Source: Neophaeotheca triangularis (lineage: Eukaryota). From it: a stretch of 64,000 nt of DNA. The notes under the pieces were generated by a model that saw only the letters and a list, made by a program, of their open reading frames with translations, had not been told where the DNA came from and did no database searches. Where the stretch lies: assembly GCA_054600435.1 (NCBI GenBank), contig BAAIJX010000005.1, positions 434,001 through 498,000 of the forward strand. The letters are read 5' to 3'. This document shows, piece by piece, positions 12,654 through 25,132 of the stretch (the stretch's first letter is position 1; every line of letters begins with the position of its first letter). Position numbers and translations under genes: made by a program.

Positions 12654-13123
12654 TTGCCAGGGAAGTATTTAATTCTTTCCCAAGCATGGCAATTCGGCTT
12701 GCCACAACATTTAGTACGACTGGACGAATACATCAAGCAACGTGCTGTCACGATAAACTACAGCTTAGTTTGGCTTTGGGCTGTTGTGGTGATGTCCAGC
12801 GTCACTAGGAGACACGACTACGAAGCTACGAAGTGCACGCTATGAGCAATCCCCTCAAGGGTCATTGGCAACACTTCGAGCCCTTCAGGGCCGCCATTGG
12901 CAAGAATTCTAGATTCCCTTTCAAATCGTACCCTAGAAGCGCCGAACTGGTTCCTTAGATGAGTCTTCAGAAAGCACAAAGTCTCCAGGTAGGACGAGTC
13001 ACCAACTCCTTGCTCACGCTGGAATGCGGCCACTCAGCGCGTTTTAACCCGCTCACACACGCTCTGTTCGCATTTACTTTCACATCCGCACTCGCGTCGT
13101 CAACGACGTTCGGAAAAACAACA

Positions 13124-14370
13124 ATGACCATGTCAAACCCCAAAACAATCGCTCTCTTCATCGCGCTCTTCCTCACCTCCGCCCTCGTAACCCTCACCCT
13201 GAACAGCAGCCCCAGCCGACCCATTTGGCCATCCTCCCCCTCCCTCCTCCCTCGTCCTAAAAACGTTGACAGCGTATCCGCATCCCACCACCAACTCCCC
13301 ATAGGCGCCGGCGCCAACGTTGCATTCGCGACCTTTCTCGCCGGCAACGTGAACCCAGGCGCCAAGGAGACGGACGAAGAGAGCGAGGCCTTCGACGACG
13401 AGGACGATGGATACTTTCTCGGCGCCAGAGTGCTGGCGTATATGCTCTTGCACTCCGAGACGGCGGGAACGAACGGGACGATTCCTTTCTTGGTCCTTTG
13501 CACAAGGGACGTGAGCAAGAGGAAAAGGGAGCGGTTGAGGAAGGACGGGGCGGAGGTCGTGTTGGTTGAGAAACTGGATAGTGCATGGGTACTACACCAC
13601 CACCCGTCTAAAGTCTTTTCTTTACACTCCGCCCACGGACACGTTTGACGGACGAGCAAAGACTGACAACTGCCACCACAGGTAACCCCAGCAGTCGCCC
13701 GCTGGGCCGACGTAATGACCAAACTCCGCCTCTTTCAACTAACCCAGTACACCAAAATATGCTTCATCGACGCCGATCACCTCGTAACCGGGCGACTCGA
13801 TGGCGTCTTCTGGGACGAAGCAACGCTCTCGCAACCCACTCTCGCGAACCCCGCCGCCATCAAAGACGACGAAGCATCGCTCCCACGAACCTACATGTTC
13901 GCCACGCACGCGGAATTCTACGGCTACGACCACCCCTACCCGCCGCCGCAAGACGGCACCTACTTGAATTGCGGTTTCTTCGTCTTCACCCCTTCTCCCG
14001 TGCTCTTCGACTACTACACCTCCCTGCTCAAACTCCCCGGTCGCTTCGACACAGGTACGCCTGCGCCCCCCCTGAACATGCACCCCAACCTCTACACCCA
14101 CTAACGCCCCCAACTTTATCGCCAGGTTTCCCCGAGCAAAATCTTCTCAACTACGCTCACCGCCGCGACGGCAACATGCCGTGGAAACCGCTCTGGTACG
14201 GCTGGAATGTCAACTGGCCCACTGCAAACGACTGGCGAGGTGGCGCGAGAAGTTTTCACGCGAAGTACTGGGATGGCGATCCCAGTCATGATGCGGTTTT
14301 GAAGGGGATTTGGCGGGAGCAGAGGGCGGAGATGAGGGGGTTTTGGCGGGGGAGGGAGGGGGGTTTGTGA
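13124..14370 (+). CDS. Glycosyltransferase family 8, type II membrane protein (glycogenin/Gnt1-like)
   Basis: Exons 13124-13588, 13682-14054 and 14126-14370 with GT-AG introns and CTGAC/CTAAC branch sites. N-terminal TM segment, TKLRLF, DxD motif FIDAD, LNCGFFV and FPEQNLLNY. Confidence 0.88.
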
Positions 14371-15497
14371 GGGGTAAGAGGGATGGCGAGGGTAGGAGGA
14401 CTGGTGGGATTGGTGGATGGTGGATGGTAGATTCGTGCTGCTGTATGTGTTGGAGAGGGCTTGTCGGGGAGGCGTGGTGTTTTCTCGCAGTTTGGGTACT
14501 TGCAATTCGATCCACTGCCTCAGCTTATCGCGTCTATGATTGCATCGTCAGGCTACAGCAGACCCTACCGGTAGAGACTGGAAGAGCGCCCTAGACCCCC
14601 GTTCCCCCTCGCACCACCAGTCACCCGTACGCTAGCGAGAGGCCCATCCAACCCGCTCTATCATCTCCATGTATGCTGAAATCCATTCAAGGCCGTCATG
14701 CCCCTAACCCAACAGCGAAAGTATCCTACGCAAAACACCTCTAACCTACTGCACCCTCTTCGTCTCTTACCTCCTGGCAGTAGCGGACGGACGGTTGACT
14801 TGACTTGACGTGCCTGCAGTAAGAGTGCCTTGCTAAGCATGGGGTACGGTAGTCTATGTGAGCTACTCGCTCTTCACCGTTCAGTTGCTGGCGGTGGATA
14901 GTAGGTGTTTTGCGGACTGTAAGGGAGTTGGGACCCGGGAGATAGTCTGTGGTAGGAGAGGCTAAAAAGAAAGTTCTAACGCTTGCCGGGGGAAATTGGT
15001 AGCAAGTGGATAGAGTGGCAGTTGAGTAGGTCGTCACGGTGAAGCGTGGCAGAGCTATAGGCTGACGCATCAGTGTACATATGTTGTTGGCACACCACCT
15101 GAGAAAGCGACTGCGTCTTTAGGCTGACCGACTGCGACTTACCGTTTAGTTGTTTCGAATACGTTGAGAGTAAATTTCGAACAGCAATATGAAGTGCCGG
15201 ATTCGTAATGGCACCAGATACAGTAAGTTGTTCGGTGCTGGAAATTGGGAGGTCCACAATACTGCCAGCAGCCGTAAGCCGTCCATTGCACTCAACCACA
15301 ATGCGCCCTATCACACTAGACGAGCAACTTCACTGCCCGAAGCATCCTTCCACGAAAGAGATGAGAAGAAACCGCTTGCCATGTGGTTTGATTGGATTTG
15401 ATATTCGTTCGAGAAGACGCCGTGGCACCCCTTTCAAACCACCCATCCCCGAGCTCATTGCACATTCCGTTCCTCCCGCTCCATGCGCAACTCTTGC

Positions 15498-16131
15498 TTA
15501 GTGACCAGTCCTCCTGCTGTCCGCGATGACCTTGGTCATCTCGTCCACCTTTCTCTTCGCGCGGCCGAAAGTGCCGAGTCTCTTCTTCGCGAGCTTGCGG
15601 GCGCGCTTGTCCTTGCTGTTGCGGAGGAGTTCGATGACGCGGCGCTCGTAGGGGGCGAGGCTGTGAGGAGACGGAATATGTTAGCGGGCCTGTCCTCTTT
15701 TCCTTCATCTCTTGACTTGTCGGAGGTGTCGGAGTTGTCGGTTGGGTTGGAGACCGAAGATTGGGAGTGGTGTTTGAAGACGGTATGGATGGAGAGGATG
15801 TGCCTACCCGGAAACTTCCTTGACAACGTCCCTGACGAAGGAGGTCCTCTTGCTCAGGTGGCCGCGCATGCGAGAGACTCTCGGCTTGGACTGGCGGGGA
15901 GTGACTTTCTATTTGGTACATCTACGTTAGCAGGCTTCCTTCACTTTCGTATCTCTCGCCGTCGGTGGTGATGTGCAGCTATCGTGCTCGTATCGATGTA
16001 TACAGCATCGAGACGCAAAAGCTGCGCTGTCGTGGCCGTGGGCTCGGAGTTCGAAGGAGATGGAGGAAACGTACGTGGCCGGCATTGATACCGGTGGCGA
16101 TGCCACTCTTCTGCTTGACTTCTTGAGGCAT
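15498..16131 (-). CDS. rpl36: 60S ribosomal protein L36
   Basis: Exons 16131-16075, 15908-15808 and 15660-15498 splice to [24 protein letters not shown]...[45 protein letters not shown]. Confidence 0.96.
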
Positions 16132-16544
16132 CCTGGCGGTACGGAGGTTGTCGTTGGTCCAGAAGTGTGCCTTCGTTGGCTTGACTTTTCGCAGTTCTTC
16201 GAAGTCGGCTTTGCGCTCGCTTGAGTGGGAGAATTTTGGGTGCCAAGACTTTGAGGTAGTGCCTGAGGCTGGCAGAACATCAGATCACGTGCACGGCTTG
16301 AACAGTTTCAAAGGACAACAACATTATTACGTCGAGGAAGATGTTCTTCGGGGGAGAACCTGGAAGTTTTACGTTCCAACATCGTGATATGTAAGAACAA
16401 CAAACTGGCTTTGCATAATAGAAGACTTCAAAGCACCATCTAGACGCGTAACATAACGCATTCAACGCCAGCAAATGCTGCTTCCTTCCCTCTATCTCAT
16501 CTCATGCAATCATAAAGCATTAAAGACCAGCAACCTCTCCTCAA

Positions 16545-17555
16545 TCACTCGCCCTGCTCATCACCAATCTTCTCCAACTTGCCCATGCTCCGCTTCTCGC
16601 CAGTCTCACCCACCAACCTCAACCGATCGATCCTCGTCTTCTCGCCCTCGCCGTCTCCATCGACAACGAAGACAACCACGCTGCTGATGTTCTGGAACTT
16701 GACGAACCGCAACTCGACCTTAGCAGTCCCCGTTTCGGCATCCCAGTCACTATCCTTGATCTCTACAGTCTGCGTAGCCGGAGTGTCGTCCGCCTCATCA
16801 AACCCAAGCACAGTCGAGCGGTTGGTGTACAGTCTCAACGACTTGGGCCTCATAACCTCATTCTCCTCGTCGTCCGAGTACGGCGGTATGCTTGTTATGT
16901 GTAGACTGTGTAGCTTGAGCGTCGACTGGAAAGGAATGAACAGCATCAACTGCTCGTCGGTATCACTCTCAATCCAATCCTTCTTCCCATCAGCACCCTC
17001 GCTCATCCCCTTGCCCTTACCCAAACTCGACGGCTTGCTGCCATCAATCACCGTTCGCGCACCGCCCGCCTCGCTGTCGATGTTCAAGAAGTCCAAACCC
17101 TGAAAGTCCACGCTGTCCGTCACGTCCCCATAGCCCCGCGGCAAGCTTGCGCCCATCCACTGGCCTCCGCTCCCACTGCTCGCACCTGCGGCTGCAGAAG
17201 AGCTACCCTCACCCGCCTCACCCGCCTCCCGCGCCAGCTGCTTGACCGCCTCATTCAAGCCCTTGGGATCCGCGCCTTTGATCCTCTTCGTCTCCCTCCC
17301 GCCCTTGAAGATTAGGAATGTGGGCATGGCGGAGATGTTGTAGGTCTGAGTAATCTGCTTTTGCGCATCCGTGTCGATTTTGGTAAAGGTGATGGAACCC
17401 GGCTTGCTGAGTTGGTTGGAGAGTTGCTCGTAGATTGGGGCGACGGTCTTGCATGGGCCGCACCAGTCGGCGTAGAAGTCGGCGACAACAATGCGCGAGG
17501 AGTTGAGGATTTCGGTCATGTGTTGAGGGCTTGTTATGGGGATAGTTTTGGACAT
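16545..17555 (-). CDS. txl1: Thioredoxin-like protein 1 (thioredoxin + PITH domain)
   Basis: WCGPC active site plus a C-terminal PITH domain (ESDTDEQLMLFIPF, LRFVKFQNI). Confidence 0.92.
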   Translation of the reverse strand: MSKTIPITSPQHMTEILNSSRIVVADFYADWCGPCKTVAPIYEQLSNQLSKPGSITFTKIDTDAQKQITQTYNISAMPTFLIFKGGRETKRIKGADPKGLNEAVKQLAREAGEAGEGSSSAAAGASSGSGGQWMGASLPRGYGDVTDSVDFQGLDFLNIDSEAGGARTVIDGSKPSSLGKGKGMSEGADGKKDWIESDTDEQLMLFIPFQSTLKLHSLHITSIPPYSDDEENEVMRPKSLRLYTNRSTVLGFDEADDTPATQTVEIKDSDWDAETGTAKVELRFVKFQNISSVVVFVVDGDGEGEKTRIDRLRLVGETGEKRSMGKLEKIGDEQGE

Positions 17556-17969
17556 GGTTGCGGTTTGGAAGAGGGTTGGCTTAGACGAGAAGGTTGATGT
17601 GGTGTTTCAGGGCTGTAATGTTCGATCGCTTTCAGGCAGCTCTAGCAGAAGTGTTCAAAAGCTTCAGTGACCCCGTCGAGTGGTGTTTGCTAGTTGGGAG
17701 AAAAGAGTGTGTGTGTTTGTGTGACGGGGAGGGAGGCGGATGGAGTGTTTGATGGTGGGGGCGAACTTTCGCAGCTGCGCTTTACGTGGGGCGTGATTGA
17801 CGTTTCCAAGCTTCAAATGATGGAGGCGCGAGGTGGAGGTAGGTCCAAGTTGCGGCAGCCTGATCCAACAGCAAGAGGCAAAGAAGCTCGTAGAAGTTGG
17901 AAGTTCACAACATGACAACTTGATCATATACCCATCTACTACTACTACCACTACCGCCACTGCACTCCA

Positions 17970-18197
17970 ATGTCCAATCTCCAAGGTCTCGCCCTCACAA
18001 AACCCGAACAGCGCCTCGTCCTTACCCTCTCTTGGATCTTCACCGCGCCTCTCATCTACAAGTACTGCAAGGGCATCTTTCTCTACTTCTACAACAACCG
18101 TCGCCAACAAGCTCGCGAGGAACGAGAGCTACAGGAACGAAGGGAAGAGTTTCTCCGTGCCGTCGATCGTCTGGACGACGCTGCGAGACTGCCTTAG
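17970..18197 (+). CDS. Putative 75-aa small protein with one hydrophobic segment and a charged tail (uORF or upstream cistron of ubx4)
   Basis: ATG follows a CA/CT-rich leader. Hydrophobic LVLTLSWIFTAPLIY segment, then an E/R-rich helix. Stop is 39 nt before the ubx4 ATG. Confidence 0.4.
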   Translation: MSNLQGLALTKPEQRLVLTLSWIFTAPLIYKYCKGIFLYFYNNRRQQAREERELQERREEFLRAVDRLDDAARLP

Positions 18198-18236
18198 CCA
18201 TCTCACACGTATTAAGTCCGCCGATACAACGCAATC

Positions 18237-19835
18237 ATGGCCTCTCATGTCTACGTTCTGGACAGCAGCCTGAAGCGCACGCAGGTCAAAGTCACACCGG
18301 GCAAATTCCTGCGCGAGATCCTGGAGGAAGCATGTGCGGCGCGGAAGTGGAGTGCGGATCAGTACACGTTGAAGAACCAAAAGGATAAAACGCTAGACCT
18401 GTCGCAACCTTTCCGTCTCTCTGGACTGTCAAACGGAGCCAGATTACAGCTTGTACAAGCGAGTAAGAGCACAGGGGTTGTGAACGTGGCGCTCGATGTC
18501 CCACAGTCGGACTCTGGAGGTGGTGGTAGGTTGAGCGATCGATTCCCGTCTAATACCAGTGTGTGGTTGGTGTTGAGGAAGTTTGAAGAAGGTGTTGCTG
18601 GGGCGCCTACTTCGTCGAGACGTAACTTCACCGAGAGAGGAGCACCCAGTAGCGCTAGGGGAAACGGCAGGATGATGTACGAGCAGCCCTGCGTGCAAGT
18701 CATGGGACGGTCGTTGGACACATTTGCGGACCTGCAGAAAACGCTGGCACAACTTGGTTTCAACGATGGGAGCGTCAGTCTGAGGATGCGCTATCAAGTT
18801 ACAGACAGGCCGTTGGAGGAAGCTATGACTCAGATCAGCGAGTTTTTCAAGACCTCGACCGACCAGTCCGCGAACGGCGAGAACAGCGCCTCACAACGAG
18901 CAGAGGGTGCTCATGCTGCAGCAGAAGGCACTTCAGTCCCAACAGCGCCAGACACAACCATGCAAGATGCGCCCACCGACACCATCGCAGGCGAGACCGC
19001 GGGCCCCGAACCCTCCTCCCCTCCAGCTACCTCCGAACCGGCCCCAACCGCTCAACCGGTCGAGAATGACGTCCTCGCCTCCTCTTCGATCCCCTCCGAG
19101 TCTCAAGCCACGCCAGCCACCTCCACAGCCCCCACCACCAGCAACACCAACACCAGCACCCCAACCCTCTCCGTCTACCGCCCACCAACCTCCTCAACCC
19201 CCCTCGCAGCCACAACCCCCGACGACCCGACATCCTACGACCCGACCATTGACCAAGCCCGCGCTCTCCAAGCCTCTCTCAAAACCCAATCGCAGAACAA
19301 ACGCCTCCTCTCCGACCGCGAACTCTCGGAACAAGAAACCGCGCGGCAAACCCGCCTAGCCGCAGTCCAAAACGTGACGATCCGCCTCCGCTACCCAGAC
19401 CAATGCTTCGTGGAAACCAGCGTGCCCGCGACGGAAACCGGGCGCGGCCTTTACGATCGCGTACGTGCTACGCTTGCCCGACCGGACGAGCCAGTTGTGC
19501 TGAGGTTTAATGCCGGGCAAGTCATTCCGGATCAGGAGGGGAAGTTTTTGGTCAGGGATCTGGGTTTCAGGGGTAAAGTCTTGGTTACGGTTTTGTGGGG
19601 GCAGGGCGCGAGTGAGGTTGCTAGGAAGGAGGGGAGTTTGAAGCGGGAGTTGAGGGAGCAGGCGACGGAGTTGAGGGTTGAGATGCCCAAGGTTGAGGAG
19701 GGAGGTGGGGGCGAGGGGAGGAAGGAAGAGGCCAAGGCGTCGGAGAAGGGGAGTGTCGGTGGTTCTGGGTCGGGCAAGGGGAGGGCCGAGTTGGAGGGCA
19801 AGTTGAAGAAGTTTATGGGGTTTGGGAAGAAGTGA
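18237..19835 (+). CDS. ubx4: UBX domain protein with TUG-UBL1 N-terminus (Ubx4/ASPSCR1-like)
   Basis: N-terminal QVKVTPG...LDLSQPFRLSGLSNGARLQL ubiquitin-like domain and a C-terminal UBX domain (IRLRYPDQ). Confidence 0.85.
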   Translation: MASHVYVLDSSLKRTQVKVTPGKFLREILEEACAARKWSADQYTLKNQKDKTLDLSQPFRLSGLSNGARLQLVQASKSTGVVNVALDVPQSDSGGGGRLSDRFPSNTSVWLVLRKFEEGVAGAPTSSRRNFTERGAPSSARGNGRMMYEQPCVQVMGRSLDTFADLQKTLAQLGFNDGSVSLRMRYQVTDRPLEEAMTQISEFFKTSTDQSANGENSASQRAEGAHAAAEGTSVPTAPDTTMQDAPTDTIAGETAGPEPSSPPATSEPAPTAQPVENDVLASSSIPSESQATPATSTAPTTSNTNTSTPTLSVYRPPTSSTPLAATTPDDPTSYDPTIDQARALQASLKTQSQNKRLLSDRELSEQETARQTRLAAVQNVTIRLRYPDQCFVETSVPATETGRGLYDRVRATLARPDEPVVLRFNAGQVIPDQEGKFLVRDLGFRGKVLVTVLWGQGASEVARKEGSLKRELREQATELRVEMPKVEEGGGGEGRKEEAKASEKGSVGGSGSGKGRAELEGKLKKFMGFGKK

Positions 19836-20522
19836 AGCGAGGGTGAGGGTTGGTTGGTGGGAGAGGGAGTGAGAGTGCGGGTGTTGCTAGATATACTGCC
19901 TAATCCGCGGTTTGCATGGGCATGAATATGAAATGAAGCCTTTTCGATCGAATAAGACCCAATTCACCTCGTGATACTGTCCACGAAACGCCCCGCGCTC
20001 GATGCAACACCTTAGCCACGGTCAAAGTACACGCTCTGTACAAGAGCTGTTGAAAAGTCATTATCTATTTCCATATCCCGTCCGTCCAACCCAAGCCAAA
20101 GGCATTCCCGTAGCATACACGTAAATACACACACACGCCGTAAATCGCTGCACAGAGCACAAAAATGCCCAAACTAAAACCTCGCTATCCGCCGCTTCGC
20201 CCGACTTCCATGTTCTAATTCTTCTGTACAATCCAGCCAAAACAACAAGTAAAGAACGCCAGGTCTTTTGCCGTCTGAATCGGCCTGGGGTATGGGGGTA
20301 TGTCTCTCTTTCTCTTCTCCCTTCTTCTCACATCTGTCCGTTCGAAAGCCAGACGGCAAGTGGAAAAACAAAATGCCCAAAACATGTCGAGATCCCCCCT
20401 GCAGCAGTATCTGCGACCCTCCAACATTACCGCAGTCCAAAAAACCCCCCTCGTCCGTATATGTGTATGTATGTATAAAGAAACGCAAGCACCTCTTTTC
20501 TTCTCTTTTCCTTTCCTCCCGC

Positions 20523-21543
20523 CTAAAAGTTGCGCGAAGGCGCCAAATGCTGCGAACCCGGCTGCGCAGCCTCGACATCATTGCCCTGGTAATACCTGCC
20601 AGCAGCACTGGCATTCATAGGGGCGCCACTAGCGCCACTGCTCCCATCGTAGCCGGGCGCGGCACCGAAATGCGTGCCCTCGGCGCTATAGACCGGCCCG
20701 CCGACCATATTGCCCTCGTGCTGCGTCCGCATGGCCATGTCGTCCTGCCCGCGCCTGACGGGAGGGTAGCGGTGCTCTTTGGCTTTTGTGCGAGTCGCGG
20801 GTAGGAAGTCGATGATGAAGCTCCAGATGTAGAAGATGTAGAGTAGGGAGACTAGCCATTCGAGGACGGCGGCGCGGGTGTAGTTTCCTTGTTGTCCGAG
20901 CGTTACGAAGGCGATTGCGAGGGCGATTTCGATGATGATGAAGGCGAGTTTGATCCAAAAGCTGATGCGGAGGATGCGTTCGGAGCGGAAGTGGATTCCT
21001 AGGCGTTGGTATTCGGCGCAAATGAAGATTGCTGAGATGATGTAGCCGACGCTGAAAGGGAGGAGGGGTGGGTTAGTTTGGGTTGGGTTGGGCAGGATAT
21101 TGGGGTCAGAGGAGAGGAATGCGGGCGGTTGCGTACATGAAGATTGCAAGACAGGCGTCGTGGACTCGCGGGAAGTCGACGGTGTTGAAGCAGGTCAGCA
21201 GGATTAGACCGATAGCGCCAATGACGGCGAAGATTGTCGCGAGCACTGAAAGCACCTTTTCCCAGTTGGAATAGTTTTGCGTCAAGCGACCCTTGTGTCT
21301 GAGCCAGCGCTCGCTGATAAAAGCCAAGTCGAAGACCACAACGCAGACTGCAGATCCTGCTATGAAGAGTGGTTGCAGGTATGTTGCGCCGATGGTCGAG
21401 ATGTAGGGGATTGTTTGGCCCGCGCTCATGTTGTCGTAGATGGGTTTGCCGTCTGTGACCCACGATAGCAGCATTCCTAGAAGGGTACCCAGCCAGCAGA
21501 GGCCGGCGAAGAGTGGGAGGAACCAGTAGGAGAGGCCGAACAT
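20523..21543 (-). CDS. sfk1: Sfk1/Frag1/DRAM-family membrane protein
   Basis: Exons 21543-21137 and 21051-20523. IPYISTIGA, ERWLRH.GRL, ICAEYQRLG and AAVLEW motifs with multiple TM segments. Confidence 0.88.
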
Positions 21544-21773
21544 TGTTGCGGCTCGCCTCTGTGGTGTTGAGGAGGGGGGTTCCTTGATGGAGAAGGGGGC
21601 GTGGCTCTGGGCGCGATTAGCTGATATAGATATAGATATAGATATAGAGGGAGAGGAGGAAGAAGATGGGAAAGCGAGCGAAGGAAGCGAGAAGGATGTG
21701 GCTGAGGGCCAGGGAAGAGACAGAGTGGACGGTCGACGACGACGACTATCACCACCTCATCAGTCCAACGAGC

Positions 21774-21811
<38 letters not shown>
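21774..21811. repeat. (GA)n microsatellite; a (GATATA)n run lies nearby at about 21623-21647
   Basis: Directly visible upstream of sfk1. Confidence 0.95.
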
Positions 21812-21814
<3 letters not shown>

Positions 21815-22468
21815 CAAGCGACTTCGCGGGTCGCGTTAGGTCTGTGTAAATTGCGTCGAAGCATCACCAAAGTGGGAAACAAGCCGCCGGGCGGCGCGTT
21901 ACGGTGTAACTCTAAAGCGCGCTCGCATTATCATTATTATCATTTTATTACGGCAGTAGTGTGGCAGTAGTAGAAGGTTACAGCTAAGGTAGGGTCGGTA
22001 AGGTACTAGGTAGGTAAGGTAAGGTAGGTACCTTACCTCCTTACCTACTAGTAGGCTCGGTAGGTAGGTAGGGAGGTTGTGACGAAAGATTCATCGTCAT
22101 ACCCAGCAACTGAAATTTCTATTTCATACCTCTGATTTGTCGGCGACCATTCGCCCGGATAGCGGCGGTTGCTGCGCTTCGAACCGCACCGCCGCCATGA
22201 TTGATTGCAAATAATAACAATAACAATAATAATAATTATGAGCATGGAAAAGTGCATCGTTACTACTACCTAGTTACTCTCGACAACACCTGAGGTACTT
22301 ATTAGGTATGTACTCTTATTACACATTTAGATTTGAGGAATGTCGAACTCCCGTCCCCAACAAACGCCAAGTTGAAGCACTGCCCCCGTTGACGCTGTAC
22401 CTACTACATTAGGTATGATAAGGACCTACATACGGTAGCACCCTCAGCTGCTCGTCAGCCAACCGTAT

Positions 22469-22497
22469 TACCCTACCCTACCCTACCCTACCCTACC
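22469..22497. repeat. (TACCC)5 pentanucleotide repeat, (GGGTA)5 on the minus strand
   Basis: Directly visible. Confidence 0.9.
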
Positions 22498-22754
22498 TTC
22501 CTTTTGCCAATCGCAGCACTTCCTGTTCTGTAGGCGGCCGAGCGGGCTGTAAGATGGCTAGGTTGGCTTTGCTGAAAGTCATGCGCACCGCCACGTACAA
22601 CAATAATGGCTCCGCTCTCGATCAAAGATAAGTATGGTGAGGCTACCACGCAATGCGAAGAACAGCCTGTTTGTCTGCAAAACTATCCTCCCATACCTGG
22701 ACTGTTGAGAAACGACCTCGGGAGGCAAGTACCAGAAAGTAGTCAGCCGCAGCA

Positions 22755-24329
22755 ATGTCAACATCTTCAGGTACTATCAAGACACAAATAACACTTGAGC
22801 AGCCTGACAACATCTACCATGGCTCTGTGGACCCCGTCCAAGGCCAGGTCATCCTGCAGTATCATCCTTCCAAGAAGAACTCGAAACAAGACCTCTACAC
22901 GCCTCTGACTGTCAGTGTCACGTTCCAAGGCAGGATAACAACTAGATACGACCCATCTGCCAAGGTCCCTTCGCATCGCGGCCGCAACTCCCTTTTCTCC
23001 CATACCACGATCATATTCGACGGCAAAGGCTCTCTCGTAGTAGGGGAGCCCAAGTCATTTGCTTTCAAGCTCAACTTTCCTCAAGGGACAGACGATTTTG
23101 AGCAACAAAAGCGATGGAGTCGAGACAGACGCTTCGAAACCCGGCCGGGCGCTCCCCTTCCCCCTTCAATCTTTTCCGGCCGCAGCCAATCCCAGTGCCT
23201 CGTCGAGTATTTCATAAACCCAATTGTGCAGATCCCTGGAAGTGACATTGGGATTGCACCCATGGACGACAAAGCTCCCAAGGACGGCATCCCAGTATCA
23301 TTCTGCCCGCTACTCGTTCAAAAACTCCCAGCATCGAGCACGCCCTTCGAACAGAGCACAACAGTATTTTCCGAGGATATTTCCATGGGTTCGACAACAA
23401 CTGAAAGACAACCATCAGGTAGCTTCTTCGGCCGTAACAAATCTCCCATACCTCCGGCACCCGTCAGCACCCACAATCCTTCGGACCTCACCTTTACGAT
23501 TTCCAGCCACGCGCCACGATACCTGACCCTCAAACGTCGCATAGACTTCCCCATCTACCTCCGAATCGCCCGGCCTCTCACGTCACGACCTCTCCCCAAG
23601 ATCCACCTAACATCCTTCCAATTCAACCTCACAAACACCACAACAATCCGCTCCGACCAAAAAGACAACGCAGGCCGCCACTACGAGACGAGCTGGCAAA
23701 CCACCGCTCACAGCACCGGCTACAGACCCTCCCAAACGTCCCTTCCAAACCCCAATGCCCAAGCCCCAACAACCTTCTCCCCACCCACCGGCATCTTTCC
23801 CCTTGGAAAAGACGCCCTCAACCCCAACTTCAACTCCGACAAGCCCGACGCCGTCATCCACATCCGCACTAGCCCCCTCAAAGCCGGCCCGACGTTCAAA
23901 ACCCCGAACCTCTCGCGTACCTACACTTACGAAATCACTCTCGAGCTCGAAGTCGAAGGCAGCCGAGCTATGCGCATCTCTCGCGATTTCCCCGTCGTCA
24001 TCACACCGCCCCATTTGATGTCAGCCGACGGCAGCGACATCGAGCACGGTGTCGCGAAGACGGAGAGTGATTGCTTGGGCGAGCATGCTTTGCCGGTACA
24101 GCAGCGAGGTGAGGCTACTAGGCTGGAAAATCTCATGGGACTAGGGGGTTCATCGGGGCTGCAAGGCGCGTCCGGGCTGGAGAGGCTCGAGGAGCTGTAT
24201 CAGATTTTTGCTTTTGGGCAGGCGACGGGGGAGTTGGCGTGCTTGGGGTTAGAGCCTTTAGGGGCGTTTGATGGGGCTGGGGAGGGGGTTGAGGATCCTG
24301 GGGTTGGGGAAGTTTTGGGTGAGTTCTAG
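22755..24329 (+). CDS. Divergent arrestin-like (arrestin-N fold) protein
   Basis: 524-aa ORF with PVQGQVIL, VTFQGRITT, SFAFKLNFP, LPPS and PTFKTPNLSRTY, typical of fungal alpha-arrestin-like proteins. No PPxY motif seen. Confidence 0.65.
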   Translation: MSTSSGTIKTQITLEQPDNIYHGSVDPVQGQVILQYHPSKKNSKQDLYTPLTVSVTFQGRITTRYDPSAKVPSHRGRNSLFSHTTIIFDGKGSLVVGEPKSFAFKLNFPQGTDDFEQQKRWSRDRRFETRPGAPLPPSIFSGRSQSQCLVEYFINPIVQIPGSDIGIAPMDDKAPKDGIPVSFCPLLVQKLPASSTPFEQSTTVFSEDISMGSTTTERQPSGSFFGRNKSPIPPAPVSTHNPSDLTFTISSHAPRYLTLKRRIDFPIYLRIARPLTSRPLPKIHLTSFQFNLTNTTTIRSDQKDNAGRHYETSWQTTAHSTGYRPSQTSLPNPNAQAPTTFSPPTGIFPLGKDALNPNFNSDKPDAVIHIRTSPLKAGPTFKTPNLSRTYTYEITLELEVEGSRAMRISRDFPVVITPPHLMSADGSDIEHGVAKTESDCLGEHALPVQQRGEATRLENLMGLGGSSGLQGASGLERLEELYQIFAFGQATGELACLGLEPLGAFDGAGEGVEDPGVGEVLGEF

Positions 24330-25132
24330 GGAATCGTCCGAGGGACTTTGCTGTCGTTTGCTGTGTTCTCTGTAGCAAGCTCATGGATATCACGCTCACC
24401 TAGCACCGGACCCAGCTGGTGGCTATGTAGTTGCCGAGTGTTTGGCGGCTAGCTGACGTGCCTTGACATTGTATTGACATGTTGACATTTTGACAACTTC
24501 CTGATCATGAAAGCATGTGGATGGCATTGATATTATTATTACCTAGAGAATGCTGGGATGTCGCCTCAGGAAAGTCAAAGGTGGGGCAGGGGGAGAAGCT
24601 TCCAAGGTTTGACCGAGATATGAAAACTTGTCTTGGCAAGGCGCGTGCACGCGAAAATAATATGACTTCGCGACAGACGCAGCCAGCTTTCTCGTCCTTC
24701 TTCCTTTTTACTACCTATACATTCATTTGTATGTGCGGCATGGCGTACGATTAACAATACAGAGTTTCCTACAGTTGCTGTTACATCCACATTCCATGGA
24801 GTCTACACAGTGTCAATCGCGCCATAGATCAAACCCCCAATTGCAACTCGGGCCGTCGAACAAGCCCGCCTTTCCATCCATTTGGATCCGGCGGTGTTTG
24901 GGGCTCGTACATACCGCTATTCTACTTATTCTTTTGCAGTGAGTGAAGGAAATGGGTCTCAGGCCGTAGAGTTGAGTGCTTGAGACGTCCCGTCTGATAC
25001 CCATTAGGTACGCTGTAAGCCCACGCTAGAAGAATTTTCAACTTCAATAAGGCGCACGGAACGTTGTCTATACTTGACCTTTTGAACGTGAAACCGTCAT
25101 TACCCCCCACCAATCTGGTACAGTCTGATACC

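Noticed and set aside
11550..12751. Long antisense ORFs over spp2 (likewise over ded1, cct2, the nitronate monooxygenase, the Argonaute and 160-713)
   Set aside because: These are shadow ORFs produced by GC-rich codon bias on the coding strand and carry no protein motifs.
22469..22497. Interstitial telomere repeat
   Set aside because: The unit is TACCC, not the TAACCC telomere unit, so it is treated as a microsatellite.
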